Part shown: piece by piece, positions 62,448 to 64,000 of the stretch
How the letters are laid out: each line of letters begins with the position of its first letter
Numbering within the stretch: position 1 is the first letter of the stretch
NCBI GenBank assembly: GCA_964396025.1
Contig: CAYNBT010000001.1
Location: 109,271-173,270 of the forward strand
DNA length: 64,000 nt
Reading direction: 5' to 3'
Origin: an uncultured Candidatus Saccharibacteria bacterium
GTDB lineage: Bacteria; Patescibacteriota; WWE3; UBA101185; UBA10185
The notes under the pieces: generated by a model
What the model saw: only the letters and a program-made list of their open reading frames with translations
Database searches by the model: none
What the model was told of the DNA's origin: nothing
Program-made: the position numbers and the translations under genes

Positions 62448-62891
62448 TTATTTACTTTCTTTCTTTGAGGCCGTATGAGCCATGTGAGGATGCTGAGCAT
62501 CGTTATATACATACAAATTACCGATTCTGACTTTTCTAAGTTTGTTTTTTGGCAGCATACCTTCTACAGCACGTCTTAAAACATCAGAAGGATCCTTATC
62601 CCAAAGCTCTTTTAGTTGTTGACTTCTAAAACCTCCTGGAAATCCAGTGTGTCTGTAATAAATCTTCTTGTTCATTTTGTCACCTGTTACAACAAGTTTA
62701 GAAGCGTTGATAACCACTACTTTGTCACCTGTGTCTAAATTTGGAACGTAAGAAGCTTTGTCTTTTCCAAGTAACTTTGCCGCAATGTTGGCTGCCAAAC
62801 GCCCAAGTACTTGCCCTGTGGCATCAACTTGATACCAAGACTTTCCTGACAATACTTCTTTTGGACTAGGTGTTTTAGTTGTGTTATTCAT
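62448..62891 (-). CDS. rplM: 50S ribosomal protein L13
   Basis: DATGQVLGRLA, DTGDKVVVIN, HTGFPGG, GMLPKN. Confidence 0.97.
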   Translation of the reverse strand: MNNTTKTPSPKEVLSGKSWYQVDATGQVLGRLAANIAAKLLGKDKASYVPNLDTGDKVVVINASKLVVTGDKMNKKIYYRHTGFPGGFRSQQLKELWDKDPSDVLRRAVEGMLPKNKLRKVRIGNLYVYNDAQHPHMAHTASKKESK

Positions 62892-63357
62892 TGTTTTCTC
62901 CTTTAGTCTCAGCTGTTTTTTTCTTGACTGTTGGTTTCTTTGTAGCAACTTTAGCTGATTTTGAATCTTTCTTTTCTGCCTTAACTACAGGTTTTTTTGT
63001 ATCTTCAACAAACTCTATTCTAGCCATAGCAGCTTTATCTCCTGATCTAAAACCTAGTTTAGTAATTCTAGTGTATCCGCCAGCCCTAGTAGCAAATCGC
63101 TTTGCAAGATCTGAAGTAAGTATTCTTAAGGCTTCTTTATTACCAAGTGCAGTATCTAAATTCTTAAGTACACTAAAATTTTCAGCCTTACGGGATTTGG
63201 TAATGAGTTTCTCGACAAATGATCTTACATACTTCGCCTTAGCTATAGTAGTTTCAATCTTGCCTGACTTAATTAATGACGCAGCCAAATTCTTTAACAA
63301 AGCTTTTCTGTGTGCTGAATCAATATCAAGTTTTTTCTTAGAAACTCGATGACGCAT
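62884..63357 (-). CDS. rplQ: 50S ribosomal protein L17
   Basis: MRHR, IETTIAKAK, GGYTRI, R.GD.A; Lys-rich tail. Confidence 0.97.
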   Translation of the reverse strand: MRHRVSKKKLDIDSAHRKALLKNLAASLIKSGKIETTIAKAKYVRSFVEKLITKSRKAENFSVLKNLDTALGNKEALRILTSDLAKRFATRAGGYTRITKLGFRSGDKAAMARIEFVEDTKKPVVKAEKKDSKSAKVATKKPTVKKKTAETKGENNE

Positions 63358-64000
63358 TTATTTATCCAAACCTTCCTTTTCGAGTAATTTCTTAATTTCT
63401 ACGATTGATTTGTCACCAAGATTTTTGATATCTGCTAACTCATCGTCGCTTTTTCCAGCAAGTTCAGAAAGTGTATCTATACCATGCTTTTTCAAAGCAT
63501 TGATTGTTCTGGTAGGTAAAGGTAATTCCTCGACAGCAATATCCTCTTCACTCTTTGAAGATGCTTGTGCAGTACCTGCCGCAGCAGCTTCTACTTCTAG
63601 CTTGGGATCTTCACCCTCTGCGAATCTTCCGAAGAAATCTCTCAATAGGTTTGCTGACTTTGCGAGTGCATCTGCAGGATCTAATGTCCCATCGGTATCG
63701 ATGGTAATCACAAGCTTATCCAAGTCAGTAACACTACCCATACGTGCTGCCTCTATGCTGTAGTTTACATTCACTACAGGTGAGAAAAGAGCATCAAGAA
63801 GTATTACACCAATCTTAGAGGATTCTCTACCCTCAGTAGGAGAATAACCAACTCCAGGCTCAATAACCAATTCAACTTCAAATGCAGCTGTCTTATCGTT
63901 TAGTGTAGCTATATGCTGATCTTTGTTCACAATTTCAACATCAGAAGAAAGTTCTATATCTGCAGCGGTTACTGTTCCTTGTCCTTTTTTATTAATTCTT
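63358..64000 (-). CDS. rpoA: RNA polymerase alpha subunit (C-terminal part; 5' end outside window)
   Basis: DALFSPV, TDGT, alpha-CTD RTINALK...NLGDKS. Confidence 0.96.
   Translation of the reverse strand, partial: RINKKGQGTVTAADIELSSDVEIVNKDQHIATLNDKTAAFEVELVIEPGVGYSPTEGRESSKIGVILLDALFSPVVNVNYSIEAARMGSVTDLDKLVITIDTDGTLDPADALAKSANLLRDFFGRFAEGEDPKLEVEAAAAGTAQASSKSEEDIAVEELPLPTRTINALKKHGIDTLSELAGKSDDELADIKNLGDKSIVEIKKLLEKEGLDK

Noticed and set aside
62879-63763. Long + strand ORFs antisense to rplQ/rpoA, and similar shadow ORFs throughout the track
   Set aside because: Antisense or alternate-frame shadows of well-supported genes.

Overview
AT-rich bacterial chromosomal segment. Gene content suggests Patescibacteria/CPR, possibly Microgenomates/WWE3-like; this is an inference. 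Bases 1-31.7 kb form one minus-strand, tightly overlapped surface-glycosylation locus: gmd/fcl, ugd, many GT2/GT4 enzymes, four polyprenol-phosphate glycosyltransferases, seven GT-C-type membrane proteins, flippases and three tandem methyltransferases. Bases 32-38 kb are an accessory patch: CAP protein, SET methyltransferase, SpeD, deoxyhypusine-synthase-like enzyme, and a multi-TM + small protein + histidine kinase module. Housekeeping genes follow (hup, ymdB, rny, recX, recA, RR/HK, gltX, dac, ybaK, recJ, secFD, prfB, a membrane-anchored Clp ATPase, TasA-like, radC, XRE, rpsI-rplM-rplQ-rpoA). The main finding is the 1.1-kb recJ-secF intergenic region. It appears to encode two tandem, separately promoted, extensively base-paired + strand RNAs (~550 and ~430 nt). 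Each starts with an SD-led small ORF, and neither matches an RNA class I can recognise. Other notable features are pervasive TAnnnT-N6/7-start (leaderless) architecture, an unannotated 58-aa membrane protein, a pore-loop-degenerate Clp ATPase and a UUCG hairpin in the rny leader. No tRNA, rRNA, CRISPR array or transposase was seen. Family assignments come from motif recognition; no database searches were run.
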